The notes below the pieces were generated by a model. It saw nothing but the letters and a program-made list of their open reading frames with translations. It had not been told where the DNA came from and ran no database searches. A DNA stretch of 64,000 bases from Desulfobacterales bacterium. Lineage in GTDB: Bacteria > Desulfobacterota > Desulfobacteria > Desulfobacterales > UBA5852. Made by a program: the position numbers and the translations under genes. The stretch spans positions 576,001 to 640,000 of the forward strand of contig CAXXVS010000003.1 of NCBI GenBank assembly GCA_963674755.2. Direction: 5' to 3'. How positions within the stretch are numbered: position 1 is the stretch's first letter; each line of letters opens with the position of its first letter. Shown here piece by piece: positions 18,671-29,214 of the stretch.

Positions 18671-20632
18671 TCAAAAAGCCTTTATTGAATCGCCATCGTC
18701 CTCCCACCGGTTTGCACTCCGGGCTAAAGCGTTGTCCGCATGGCCGCCGGCGGCCCGAGTTGTGCGGGCGGCCGCAAGGGTTTGGGTCGTGGAAGACATT
18801 TTATCTGACGCTGTCTCACCGTTCAGCGTGCTGTTTCTTTGGCCGCCGACCATGGCCATAAGGTCCGTTACGAGCTGCGTCATCTGTTCGGCCTGAGCAC
18901 TTAATTCCTCGGCAGCACTAGCGGATTCCTCCGCCGTGGCGGCGTTTTGCTGAACCACCTTGTCCATTTCCGCCACGGCTGTATTGACTTGGCCGACGCC
19001 CTCGGTCTGTTCGTTGGATGCTGCGGCAATTTCCGCTACCAGATCGGCGACTTTGGCAACGCTGGCAGCCACCTCTTCGAACGTAGCGTTGGTTTTGGTG
19101 ACGATCTGTGAGCCGGTACCAACTTTATCAACGGTGCTTTCGATCAATTCGGCTGTATTTTTGGCGGCATCGGCCGCTCGCATAGCCAAGTTTCGCACTT
19201 CGTCGGCAACGACCGCAAACCCGGCGCCCGCCTCCCCGGCCCTGGCGGCTTCAACGGCGGCGTTCAGCGCAAGCAGATTCGTTTGAAATGCGATCTCGTC
19301 GATGGTTTTGATGATCTTGGATGTCTCTTCACTTGCCGAATAGATATCTTTCATGGACGCGGTTAAGGCGGCCATCCCGTCGTTTGCATTTTGAACGATG
19401 CCCCCGGCCTCTTTCATCAGATGGTCGGCTTCCACCGAGTGGGATGAATTCTGCTTGGTCATGGAGGCGATCTCTTCAAGCGATGCAGAGGTTTCCTCGA
19501 TGGCGGCCGCCTGTTCGCTCGATCCTTCGGCCAAGGACTGACTCGAAGACGAAACCTGACCGGCTGCGGACGCCACCTGCTCGGCACCCTCATTGAGCCC
19601 TGCGATGATTTTTTGGAGTGATCGATTGATTCCGTTGGAAATAAACCATCCGAATAAGAGGCTGGAAAGCACCATAGCCAACGAGACGATAGCGATGATT
19701 CGCTTGCCTGATCTTTCGATGGCGAAAGCGTCTTGCGTGTAGGTTGCCATCTGCTCGTTGACTCTGGTTTTAATTTTGTCCAGCGCGTCCGCAACCATTA
19801 TTTGACGCTCTCGAAGGTCCGTACGGATCGCCTCTTTCAGTTCATCTTTCAATTGCTGTTCGGTTAAAATATTTTCTGCGATTTCTTCGAAAGCAGCAAA
19901 ATACCGCTTTCCTGCCGTCGCGACCGGTCCGGTCGCGATCGCGCTAAGCTGCTGGTATGCGCTATAGAGCCTGTCAATATAGCGCTTATCGGCTCTTTGA
20001 AGAATGTTTTTCTCCTGGCGGCGCATTTCGTAAACAAGCAGTTTGACGTCAGGTCTGTCGGCTTGCTGGTCCATCTCCCGACCGGATTCGACGATCCTCT
20101 TAAGGGCCCCCTGGCTATCTTGACTGCTGTCATACCATCCGATCGCGTTGGTTAGCTCCAGTTGCTTTTGTTTGGTGTCCAAAATCCGGTTACAGACCTG
20201 TTCGAATTCGGCCAGCATCGATGCGGCCTTTTGCGTCAGACTCTCAACCTCTCCGCCTTTGCGGCAGGGAGGGATGGATAGTCCCTTCATTTCCTCCAAG
20301 CGCGTGCCAAGATCGGGGTTGCCGTTGAGCAGGGCTTGAGACAGAAAGTGGAATTCTTCAAATCGATCACGGGTACGTTGGGCGTAGAGCTTAAAATTTT
20401 CCAAACTTCGCTGAACCCCATAGGCTTCGTTCATATTAAGGCGTATATGGGTTACCCGCTGGACCATGGCATTGGCGACCTGCTGCTGGGGGCCACGCAC
20501 TTCAGGAATTTGCCGATAGACGTCTGCCATGACGCCGAACCTGTTGATAAAAAAAATCGATAACCCGGCGACCATTATCGCCAAGATGATCACCATTCCG
20601 ATTAATTTTTGCTTAACAGTAAAATTGTTCAT
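18671..20632 (-). CDS. Methyl-accepting chemotaxis protein
   Basis: Two TM segments around a large sensor domain; [34 protein letters not shown] signalling tip. Confidence 0.95.
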   Translation of the reverse strand: MNNFTVKQKLIGMVIILAIMVAGLSIFFINRFGVMADVYRQIPEVRGPQQQVANAMVQRVTHIRLNMNEAYGVQRSLENFKLYAQRTRDRFEEFHFLSQALLNGNPDLGTRLEEMKGLSIPPCRKGGEVESLTQKAASMLAEFEQVCNRILDTKQKQLELTNAIGWYDSSQDSQGALKRIVESGREMDQQADRPDVKLLVYEMRRQEKNILQRADKRYIDRLYSAYQQLSAIATGPVATAGKRYFAAFEEIAENILTEQQLKDELKEAIRTDLRERQIMVADALDKIKTRVNEQMATYTQDAFAIERSGKRIIAIVSLAMVLSSLLFGWFISNGINRSLQKIIAGLNEGAEQVASAAGQVSSSSQSLAEGSSEQAAAIEETSASLEEIASMTKQNSSHSVEADHLMKEAGGIVQNANDGMAALTASMKDIYSASEETSKIIKTIDEIAFQTNLLALNAAVEAARAGEAGAGFAVVADEVRNLAMRAADAAKNTAELIESTVDKVGTGSQIVTKTNATFEEVAASVAKVADLVAEIAAASNEQTEGVGQVNTAVAEMDKVVQQNAATAEESASAAEELSAQAEQMTQLVTDLMAMVGGQRNSTLNGETASDKMSSTTQTLAAARTTRAAGGHADNALARSANRWEDDGDSIKAF

Positions 20633-20808
20633 GGCCTGCTAACTCCTTCCAAGTATTGTGAGGATACATTATCCATCTTCCTGTTCCGAACTGATCTACG
20701 TTAAGCGACTTGAATTCAGCGCATACCCCGGGCGCTTCACTATGCCTGGAAAATCAGCTTCAACTCTCGTATGGCGTGCCTTTAACAGAGCGTATCCGCT
20801 TCACAGCA

Positions 20809-20835
20809 ATATCGGCGAGCCCACCCTGCACATGA
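20809..20835 (-). promoter_or_regulatory. Sigma-28 (FliA)-type promoter for the MCP gene
   Basis: Minus strand TCAT-N15-GCCGATAT versus TAAA-N15-GCCGATAA. Confidence 0.55.
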
Positions 20836-20880
20836 ATTGATAAAGTAACGATAAAATATCGATAAAATGCAGTATACGGG

Positions 20881-22131
20881 CTATGTGTTGTCGGAATGCT
20901 CGAAAGATAGAAGGTGGGACCGCAGGTTAATTTTTTTGTTTTTCAACCCGAGCTTTTTGCGGATATGGTGGCGATGCGTCAAAATGGTACTCTTGGAAAG
21001 ATGCAAAATGCCGGCGATTTCCTTGTTCGCCATTCCGTTCCGGACAAGTTTGGCGACTCGAATCTCCATCGGGCTCAGGCCATAGAAACGCGATGAGACA
21101 CGGTTTGCAAAGGGAGATGAAATGTCACGGAGCCCTGCCTCGATCATATTTAATATGCTTTTTTGGCGTTTGGATAAGCCGCTTTTAGCCAACGCTTCCA
21201 GGCAGGGAAAAACCGATGATTGCAGATTGGCCGTCACTGAGGCTTCAAGCGCCCTTTTATCCTCCTTTCGCTTTTCCAGTAAGACTTCAAGTGCGGATTT
21301 GAATGCATCGAGACGCCGTCGGGCGCGATGCAGCTCGGTTTCCTGATCAGAGGCGGTGTTGCCGGACGAATGCGGGTCGCAAGGTTCGGCCAGAATACAG
21401 ACCAATCCCAGAAGTGAACCGATGTCACTTCGTCGTAAGCTCCAGTTGATCCGGATCGGAATGCTTTTACCCTCCTTCAGCTTGAAGTGCCCCAAGTAGG
21501 GGGAGAAGTCGCTATGGCGCCAACGGAATTTTTCCAGGAACTCTTGCAAGCGTTGCTTATCGGAGGAACTTGCCGCCCAATGCATAAGAAAGGTCGTATT
21601 TAATTCCTGGCATGGTTCAAAGAACATCTGTTTGAAGGCTTCGTTTGCGTGGAGAACGGCACCGGAGCGGTCAAGCTCGACCACAGGGCTGGGGATGGTT
21701 TCAATCACGGATTGAAAAAGGCTTGTGTCTGTGGAGGAAACACAGGCGCCGTTTTGGAACGGGTCGATATTTCTTATGAGTCCCCAGAGCGCGGCTTCTC
21801 CTCCCCAGGTAATGGTTTCAATCTGCATATCGGCGTGGAAGGGGTGCTTGTCGAGTCGCAAGGCAATGAAGGGGTGAGGTTGCGAGCGGACGTCGCCGGT
21901 TTGCGGTTCCTGAAAAACCGGCAATCCGATCACGGTTGGCAAACATTCCGGAGCGACAAATTCGCTAAACGCCTTTCCTGTGACGTCACTCTCCTGACCA
22001 CCGCCCAGCATGGTCACCAAGGAAGGGCTGGCACAGTGAATGATCCCTTTTTTTATGATACAAAGACCGCTTTGCAAGCGTTGAACGCTTTCCAGATTGT
22101 GATGCTTCCATTCTTCCAGCAACAGTCGCAT
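20881..22131 (-). CDS. PAS-PAS-LuxR HTH transcriptional regulator
   Basis: C-terminal LSPMEIRVAKLVRNGMANKEIAGILHLSKSTILTHRHHIRKKLGL; two PAS-like regions. Confidence 0.85.
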   Translation of the reverse strand: MRLLLEEWKHHNLESVQRLQSGLCIIKKGIIHCASPSLVTMLGGGQESDVTGKAFSEFVAPECLPTVIGLPVFQEPQTGDVRSQPHPFIALRLDKHPFHADMQIETITWGGEAALWGLIRNIDPFQNGACVSSTDTSLFQSVIETIPSPVVELDRSGAVLHANEAFKQMFFEPCQELNTTFLMHWAASSSDKQRLQEFLEKFRWRHSDFSPYLGHFKLKEGKSIPIRINWSLRRSDIGSLLGLVCILAEPCDPHSSGNTASDQETELHRARRRLDAFKSALEVLLEKRKEDKRALEASVTANLQSSVFPCLEALAKSGLSKRQKSILNMIEAGLRDISSPFANRVSSRFYGLSPMEIRVAKLVRNGMANKEIAGILHLSKSTILTHRHHIRKKLGLKNKKINLRSHLLSFEHSDNT

Positions 22132-22610
22132 TTAAGTAATTCCAGTAAACTCACGGTGCTTGGCAGGTGCGTGCCTCGCACAGCTATCCCTTCCCAAATC
22201 ATTTCTAAAGGAAGTGGGCTAGGGACTGATGGTGACCGTGCGGCGCGCTATTTGGGTAACGGATCGAGATTTGAGCGAAAGGTTGTTTTCAGCAAAAAAT
22301 GTGCCGCATATCGTTTAAAGCGTGACCACAAGATGCGCCCGACTGTTATAGCTTTGCCGGACTTTTCATCTAACCTATATTGCGGAAGGAAACAATTGGG
22401 TGTCAGGTATTTTTGCAAGTTGTAAAGATGGCCGTCCGAAATTTTTTCAGCCGCAATCCCTGCAACATTAGCCGCTCTCAGGATGGGGGAGCCCTTTATA
22501 CTTAAAACAAACGTTTTAAGCGGAAAAAAACTGGTTTGCCGGCGGTGGGCATGCAACGATGACACCCGTACGACTGTTAAAATCTACGGATAACTGGACG
22601 CCGAACAAGG

Positions 22611-22626
22611 CGGCACCTAATTTGCT
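22611..22626 (+). promoter_or_regulatory. Sigma-54 (-24/-12) promoter
   Basis: CGGCAC-CTAAT-TTGCT, 28 bp upstream of ATG 22654. Confidence 0.7.
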
Positions 22627-22653
22627 CTGACAATAAACAAGGACGATTGACAA

Positions 22654-24684
22654 ATGACGGAACGCTCGTTGGGCCAGGACGCAAGCAATTTTCGAATGCC
22701 TCTTTCTTTTCTACATTCAAGTAACCGCTCGCGGTTTGTGGTGATTGGCCTCCTTGCCCTCGGCGCTATAGCGGTCACTTACTACTTTCATGGCATACTT
22801 CACACGGGGCGGGCTTTCAGCCATCTGTTCTACATCCCGATCATTCTGGCAGCCCTTTGGTGGGAGGAAAAAGGGCTGCTGGTTGCTGTATTTTTCTGCG
22901 GCCTTCTGTTGCTCAGCGGTTTGCTGCTGAGACCGGCACCGGTCAGTTTCAACGATTTTTTTCGGGCAGTAATGTTTCTGGCCGTTGCATTGATCGTAGC
23001 CCACCTGCGTTCGAGGATTTCCGCTGCTGAGACCGCGCTCAAAGCCCGAACGATGGCTTTGTCCGACAAAACCCGCAAACTTCAGTGCCTCTATAGCATG
23101 ACCCAAATTCGGGAAGAGCCGGGAATCGACATGGATGGCATTCTTCAAAAGACGGCGACCCTGATCGAAGAGACATGGCAATTTTCTGAAAGGGTCTATA
23201 TCCGGATTTCTCTCGGGCAGCGTGAGTACCGAACGGCCGATGTCCCCCCGGCCTCGTGCGAACAGCAATTTTGTATTTTAGTCCATGGGAAGCCTAACGG
23301 ATTTCTGGCTGCCGGCCCCTTGGGAAACCCAGCGCCAAGGGACTGGGCCTCCTTAGCGCAAGCTGAAGCAGATCTGATGACCGAGGTGGCTCGTCGCATA
23401 GGCCGGTTGATCGAGCACGAAAATGCTCGAAAGGCGTTGGTCGATCACAAAAATAGCCTGGAAATACAGGTAGAGCAGCGCACAGCCGCCTTGCGACAGA
23501 GCAATGAAAGACTGAAGCAGGAGATTGCCGAACGCGTCGATGCTGAAAGAGCACTAGCCGATTCAGAGAAGAATTACAGACATCTGGTTGAAAATGCCAA
23601 CGACGCCATTTGCATTGTTCAAAAGGGCCGTATCGCCTTTTCCAATCAGCGCACAGTGCAGCTCTTCGAATCATCAACTCAGGATCTCGCAGGATTCCCC
23701 CTCTCAGATCTGACCCATGCATCGGACCGGGAGCACGTTTCCGATATTTACGCCAGACGTATGAAAGGTGAAGATGTACCCATCACCTATTCGGCCCGCA
23801 TGCTTACGCGGTGCCATAATGCACTGTGGGCGCAAATCAGTGCCGCCCGGACGCTTTGGTACGGATCGCCGGCATCCCTTCTTATTATCCGAGACATCGG
23901 TTCCCAGCTTCAAATAGAAGCCGAGCTTCGCCAGGCCCACACCATGGAGGCCGTGGCCACACTGGCCGGAGGGATCGCACATCAATTCAACAACGCCTTG
24001 TCGGGAATTATCGGAAATATCGATTTGCTTCTATTGGAGCGTCCGGGAGACCTTGTCATCAAGAAATACACCGATGTCATGGCGGTTGCCGCACAATCGA
24101 TGGCGCGGTGGACGGACCAGCTATTGGGCTACGCGCGGGGTGGAAAATACTGCCCCGAAATCGTCTGCCTTAGTGAGTTTACAGCCGCAACACTGCCACT
24201 GATTCTATCCGAGGCCGATGACGGAATCGAAGTGGTCACCGATCTGATGGACGGCTTGCCGAAAATACAGGCCGATACCGTCCAACTCCAAATGGTACTG
24301 CTTGATGTGGTCCGCAATGCGTTAGAGGCTGTTCAACCCCCGGCGCGGATTGCGATTCGCACCGAATCCGTCAGGATTACTCAGGAGAGGGCTGTTAAGG
24401 GCGCGGACTCGGCCCCTGGTCGCTATGCGGTGATTTCGGTTGAAGACAGCGGAATAGGTATGGATGCGGAAACCGTAAAGCGAATTTTTGAACCGTTTTT
24501 TACCACGCGTTTTCAAGGTCGTGGGCTCGGGATGGCAGCCGCGTATGGTATTATGCACAACCACCATGGTTGGATCGATGTCGATTCAAGTCCAGGACGT
24601 GGAACAAGCGTTTCCTTGTATTTCCCCACTATCGATATGCCCTTGCCGATTTCGGAGACGCTCGCCGTTTTTGATCTGGTCTGA
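22654..24684 (+). CDS. Membrane-bound PAS histidine kinase
   Basis: Four N-terminal TM segments, coiled coil, PAS, AHQFNN H-box, FFTTR, GRGLG; no receiver domain. Confidence 0.88.
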   Translation: MTERSLGQDASNFRMPLSFLHSSNRSRFVVIGLLALGAIAVTYYFHGILHTGRAFSHLFYIPIILAALWWEEKGLLVAVFFCGLLLLSGLLLRPAPVSFNDFFRAVMFLAVALIVAHLRSRISAAETALKARTMALSDKTRKLQCLYSMTQIREEPGIDMDGILQKTATLIEETWQFSERVYIRISLGQREYRTADVPPASCEQQFCILVHGKPNGFLAAGPLGNPAPRDWASLAQAEADLMTEVARRIGRLIEHENARKALVDHKNSLEIQVEQRTAALRQSNERLKQEIAERVDAERALADSEKNYRHLVENANDAICIVQKGRIAFSNQRTVQLFESSTQDLAGFPLSDLTHASDREHVSDIYARRMKGEDVPITYSARMLTRCHNALWAQISAARTLWYGSPASLLIIRDIGSQLQIEAELRQAHTMEAVATLAGGIAHQFNNALSGIIGNIDLLLLERPGDLVIKKYTDVMAVAAQSMARWTDQLLGYARGGKYCPEIVCLSEFTAATLPLILSEADDGIEVVTDLMDGLPKIQADTVQLQMVLLDVVRNALEAVQPPARIAIRTESVRITQERAVKGADSAPGRYAVISVEDSGIGMDAETVKRIFEPFFTTRFQGRGLGMAAAYGIMHNHHGWIDVDSSPGRGTSVSLYFPTIDMPLPISETLAVFDLV

Positions 24685-24792
24685 TGGCCTTTCTATCACC
24701 CGTTGTCGAGAGCGGCATCGCAGGGCATTCTTTCTTAATCACCCACACGCCGGTTATGAAGAGATTGGGTCCGTCCAGGCCGTCGCCGGCGA

Positions 24793-25602
24793 TCAGGGCG
24801 AGACCACACCTGGTCTGGCCGGCGTCATCGGTCGCGTCGGAGCCCGGGGGGCGGCCGTCGCTTTGTTCGGTGCGACGCCGGGTGCCACCTTCTGCGGGGC
24901 CATCTTCGGCATTCCGGTCGTGTTCACCGGCTGGAGCGTCCCGGCCACGCGGAAGCTCACGTCGTCAACCACGCGCTGATGATCGGAGACGCGCACCGAG
25001 GCCTCCAGGCGCCACAGGCCGGCTTTGGGAAAGGCCGAACGGGGTATGGTGATGCGGGTCTTGCCGTCGAGGCGATCCACGACCGTCATCCCCTGGGGGG
25101 TTGCGGGCCATTGCCCGGGCGCGGTGGCCGGACTCCACCACCAGGCGAGCTTGACCGGGGGAATACCCTGCCAGCCGGTGATTGCCACCTCCAGCGGCAC
25201 ACTGCCGCTGAACGTCTGGCCGGGCAGGGGGGACAGGATTTTAAGGCTGGGCTTAACGCCCGGCAGAGGCTGCGGGATCAGGGCGATGGTTGTGGCTGAC
25301 GGTGAGGCCGTCTTTTTCAGGGACGGCTTTTTGACAACGGACAAGGTGGGAGGGCTGAACTGGATGGGGTCCACCGTGATGTCGGCAAGATCGGGTCCCT
25401 CGTAGGTGATCAGTTTCATACCGATGTCGGCCAGGGTCGGGCCCAGGTAGACAATGGGGCCAACCGTGATATCCGGCAGATTCGCGGGGTACAGGTCCGG
25501 CATGGTGCCGCTGCCGGTGGGTTGCGGCATTCCGCCCTGGCAGGGCAAGGTCATCAGCAATAGGCTCAGGGCGATGAAGATTAAATGGCGGATAGGGTCC
25601 AT
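24793..25602 (-). CDS. Secreted hypothetical protein with three 15-aa repeats, a probable beta-sandwich domain and Pro/Lys-rich linkers (copy B, intact)
   Basis: Signal-like MDPIRHLIFIALSLLLMTLPCQG; GGAG RBS; conserved with copy A. Confidence 0.75.
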   Translation of the reverse strand: MDPIRHLIFIALSLLLMTLPCQGGMPQPTGSGTMPDLYPANLPDITVGPIVYLGPTLADIGMKLITYEGPDLADITVDPIQFSPPTLSVVKKPSLKKTASPSATTIALIPQPLPGVKPSLKILSPLPGQTFSGSVPLEVAITGWQGIPPVKLAWWWSPATAPGQWPATPQGMTVVDRLDGKTRITIPRSAFPKAGLWRLEASVRVSDHQRVVDDVSFRVAGTLQPVNTTGMPKMAPQKVAPGVAPNKATAAPRAPTRPMTPARPGVVSP

Positions 25603-25654
25603 GGTACGCTCCCGTTTGAATTGGCGATCCGGAGTGAGATCCGGCCCTCGATCG

Positions 25655-26206
25655 TCAATTGGGCATAATCGTGCCGGGTTTGATCCCGGAAAAATCCACT
25701 TTTCCGCATTGCCCGGAGTTGGGGGCGGTGCCGCCCTTGGAGGCGCCGATAAACATGAGTTGACCTCCCTGCTTGGCAAACACCATGGTCACCGAGCAGG
25801 TTTTGCCGGACAGCGTTCCCGCGGTTTCCCGGATGGGAAGGGCCACGGTACCGTTGTAGCTGCCGTTGTCGAGGGTGATATTGAGGGGCATTCCCTCCTC
25901 TCCCCCTTCACTCATCCCATAGCCGATCATATCGCCCGCCCCATCCAAAAAATACACAAGCGCAACGGCCGAAAATTTGGCACTTTTCCAGGGACCGGGC
26001 ATGTTCGCTATATTCAGGGGGATATTCACATTGAAAAGGGTTTGATCCAGCATGACCTGGGGCCCAAAATCTTTTTTCAAAACCAACCCGGACTTCTGAA
26101 GGAGCATCCCGGCGGAGGTTGTGTCGGCCGGGAGTGCGGTCAAGGCGATTCCCAGAACAAGCACCAGAATATGCGGCAGAATTGTGAAGCGGGTTTGCGG
26201 TTTCAT
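25655..26206 (-). CDS. Secreted hypothetical protein (copy B, intact)
   Basis: Signal peptide MKPQTRFTILPHILVLVLGIALTALPA; two Cys conserved in both copies. Confidence 0.75.
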   Translation of the reverse strand: MKPQTRFTILPHILVLVLGIALTALPADTTSAGMLLQKSGLVLKKDFGPQVMLDQTLFNVNIPLNIANMPGPWKSAKFSAVALVYFLDGAGDMIGYGMSEGGEEGMPLNITLDNGSYNGTVALPIRETAGTLSGKTCSVTMVFAKQGGQLMFIGASKGGTAPNSGQCGKVDFSGIKPGTIMPN

Positions 26207-26374
26207 CGTCATAGGCTCCATTGGATTAAGGTGTTGATTTCCCGTGAAAGCAAAAAACCTAAGATGCTGGATGCGTTCTTTTGAGATTAGGTACCGCATG
26301 CCGAACAAAAGGTTCATGCCCAGCAGTTTATCCCACAAGATGAAGGGGAGTCCATCCCGCAAACGATTTTCACA

Positions 26375-26500
26375 TTAAACGCGCCTGGCGACCACGGCGA
26401 GCTCGTGGAAAGCAGGATCATAGGACGATCCGGCGACATCGGCATAAAGGCGGTCAATACGGAATCCGTTGGCAGCAAATTCCCTTTCGATATCTTCCAG
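26375..26500 (-). pseudogene. 3' remnant of a probable SAM-dependent methyltransferase gene (copy B)
   Basis: LEDIEREFAANGFRIDRLYADVAGSSYDPAFHELAVVARRV*, homologous to 16588-16730. Confidence 0.5.
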
Positions 26501-26517
26501 GGCCGCGAAAATAGTTT

Positions 26518-27324
26518 TCAATGATGGGGGCCCTTGGAAGTATGCCGGCCCTGGCGCTGGGCAGGATCCTGCTGGTAGTATTCTTTCAGTACACGGTAGA
26601 GATCGGCCGCATGCGCGCGCATGTGCCGCGGCCGGTCGAAGAACTGCTCGGTGGCCACGGCGAAAAACTCGGCTTCGTTGGTGGCGCCGTAGGCATCGAG
26701 GAAGCTTTCCTTGCCGTGGGCGGCGTCATGTTTGAGGCGCAGGTATTCCCGCGAGCAGGTCTCCACCCAGTCGCGGTATTCGGCCCGGTCGCGCAAAGGC
26801 GGGGTGCCGTTGGCGGCGCCGTCGAGCATGTCCAGCTTGTGGGCGAATTCGTGGTAGATGACGTTGTGGCCGTTTTCGGGATGGCGGCTGCCCCGCAGGG
26901 CGGCATCCCAGATGATAATGACCGGCCCTTGCAGAAAGGCCTGCCCGAGAATGGGATGCCGGACATCGAGCGGTCCGGTGGGGTTTTCAAAGAAACCCGG
27001 CCTGCGCTCGGGCGGTACCACGGTAGACGGATAGATCACGATGGATTCCACGTTCCGGTAATAGTCGTGGGGCAGCCCTAAGAGCAGCAGGCAGGCCTGG
27101 GCGGCGATGGTGACCCGGATCTCATCGGTCAATTCGAGGCCGCCGGCCCCTTCCCAGTGCTTTTCGGCGATAAACACTTTGATGAGATCTTTCAGGTGGG
27201 CCTGTTCTTCCGCTGACAGCCGGTCGTAGTGGGCCACGTTGCGGTGGAGGATATCTTCCCAATCAGGCGGGAAAGGCTCAGCGATCAGCTTCTTGCGGCG
27301 GTGGTTGGCAAATAAATGGGGCAT
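26518..27324 (-). CDS. MtfA/peptidase M90 family zinc peptidase
   Basis: IAAQACL, HEFAHKLD (HExxH), YGATNEAEFFAVATEQFF. Confidence 0.9.
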   Translation of the reverse strand: MPHLFANHRRKKLIAEPFPPDWEDILHRNVAHYDRLSAEEQAHLKDLIKVFIAEKHWEGAGGLELTDEIRVTIAAQACLLLLGLPHDYYRNVESIVIYPSTVVPPERRPGFFENPTGPLDVRHPILGQAFLQGPVIIIWDAALRGSRHPENGHNVIYHEFAHKLDMLDGAANGTPPLRDRAEYRDWVETCSREYLRLKHDAAHGKESFLDAYGATNEAEFFAVATEQFFDRPRHMRAHAADLYRVLKEYYQQDPAQRQGRHTSKGPHH

Positions 27325-27425
27325 CTAATCTTCTCCGGGTTGGATGGCATTGTAAACAGTTCCTATCCGTTTGTGAATATGGCCACTAAGGTCAAGGAGT
27401 ATAATTCCGAAATAACAGTCGATAG

Positions 27426-27788
27426 CTAACAATTCTTTATTAAAAGTTCTACAATTTCGGTAAAAATAGTATCAAATCGTTTGGCCGAAAGCGATTTTTC
27501 GCTATACAACGTATTTGAAGCGTTGTTTTTCCGATTGTTGTACATTCCGATCACCTCTTTTTTGAACCATCTTTTTTTTGTCGTCAGGGGTGAAATGACC
27601 ATTAATTTAGGATAAAAGGCCCACCCTTCGCCAGACCTGTCGATAACGCTGTAGAAAGAATCCTTAGACATTTTGTGCTTCGATAATTGTTTTTCCAAAC
27701 CTCTTTTGGACCTTGCGGCAATGACAAAGCCATCTAGATCGCAAATCAATGGGAATAAAGGTTTTCTAAAAATGAAAGATATATTCAT
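27426..27788 (-). CDS. AT-rich basic hypothetical protein
   Basis: 120-aa ORF with GAGGGG RBS, visibly lower GC than flanks. Confidence 0.65.
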   Translation of the reverse strand: MNISFIFRKPLFPLICDLDGFVIAARSKRGLEKQLSKHKMSKDSFYSVIDRSGEGWAFYPKLMVISPLTTKKRWFKKEVIGMYNNRKNNASNTLYSEKSLSAKRFDTIFTEIVELLIKNC

Positions 27789-27855
27789 TACCCCCTCTTT
27801 GCGGCACCTTCCATCTTGGTTTGGCCTAATAAGTGTTTTCCTGAGCCCTTCTTTC

Positions 27856-28863
27856 TTAACTTTTCTCTAGCGTATAACCATTTTCGTGAATAATCGCCGC
27901 GCCGCGCCGCACGGATTTGCTGACGGCCGGTGCGGAAATGCCCAACTTTTTCCCAAGTGCGGTTACGCTGAATCCCAACTCGTTTACCGCCCAGAAACAC
28001 AGCAGGCTGCGCGCCGCAACCTGTTGTTGGTATTTGCCGGGGAGCCATACTTCATCAATGGTCATTCCGAGAAGATGTGCCACGCGTTCGGCAATATCCT
28101 CGATGCCGATGCCCTTCGCTTGCATCGCAACCTTTCGCTCCAAGGCCTCCTCGCTTTGTGCCAGCACTTTTTGGACGAAAGCACTATCGCCGAGGATGCG
28201 TTCATCGCTCTTGAGGTGACCATCGGCCTTTCGCAAGCTTTTGACCGTCTCCCAGCCTCCCTGGCTTCGAATCAATCCGCCGCCGGTGAGATCCGATCGC
28301 TTTCCCTGCTTGATTCCTTTCGAGACAAACACGCGGTAGCTCCGTCGTGCGGCCCCCCTGTGTTTTCCGAAATGGCTAAGCACTTTATCGATATCCTGCC
28401 AGGGCTTTTGGGTTTTGCCCATGATGACGCTGTGGCCGGAAAAGGGGTATTTTCCGAGGCTGTCCATGTCCCCGGCCAGTTTGGCTCGCAGGGGATTCAA
28501 ATGAATGTAGCGCACCAGTTCCAGGAGGTAGCTGTCCTCCTGGCAGAGGATGGATTTATAGCGATTTTGGAACAGATGCCCGCTGCGGCGATGGCGGCGA
28601 TTGTAACGCGCGGCATGTCCGGTCAGCAGACGCCGCATCACCGTGGCGATGGGAGCGTTGCCGGTACGCAGCAAAAGATGAAAATGGTTGGGGATCAGGG
28701 CCCAGGCGAAGCAGCCGGTGTCGGTTTCTTCGACAATAGCGCCCAACCGATCGAGGAAGTCGTGCCGATCACGATCGTCGGCAAAGATCTCGCTGCGCGC
28801 GATACCGCGAACGATGATGTGATGCAGGGCGCCGGGGGCATCTAAGCGGGATTGACGTGGCAT
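27856..28863 (-). mobile_element. REP-associated-type tyrosine transposase (RAYT/IS200-like Y1 HUH) with C-terminal helical extension
   Basis: MPRQSR..HHIIVRG, HUH motif PNHFHLL, GHLFQNRYKS, YIHLNP catalytic Tyr; DnaA-C-like HTH tail. Confidence 0.88.
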
Positions 28864-28870
28864 GGCAAGA

Positions 28871-28899
28871 AACGTATCAAACCGGACATCAAATATCAA
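28871..28899 (-). promoter_or_regulatory. Sigma-70-like promoter giving a probably leaderless transposase mRNA
   Basis: TTGATA-17-TACGTT, then 7 nt to ATG 28863; no RBS. Confidence 0.55.
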
Positions 28900-28969
28900 G
28901 TTAATAAGTTTAGGGCGTCCCCTCTATGCCGTCATGATTCTGTTTCGAGGTCTTTTTAGGGTTATTGAC

Positions 28970-29204
28970 TCAGGGCCCAAGCGTAGAAGCTGGTGCCAGT
29001 TTCTACGACAATAGCGCCACACCGATCGATAAAATTATACCGATCACGATTATCGGCAAAGATCTCGCGGTGTTCGATACAGCGAACGATGATGCGGTGC
29101 AGGGCGCCGGGGGCATCTAAGCAGGATTGACGTGGCATGGTAAGAAACGTATCAAACCGGACATCAAATATCAAGTTAAGAAGTTTAGGGCGTCCCCTTT
29201 ATGC
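28970..29204 (-). repeat. Diverged tandem copy (~235 bp) of the transposase 5' end and upstream terminus
   Basis: Aligns with 28695-28929 at offset 275; encodes truncated MPRQSCLDAPGALHRII...WAL. Confidence 0.9.
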
Positions 29205-29214
29205 TCCCAATGAC

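Noticed and set aside
27330..27850. AT-rich ORF 27426-27788 as another integron cassette
   Set aside because: No attC-like palindrome with properly spaced AAC/GTT boxes found after its stop
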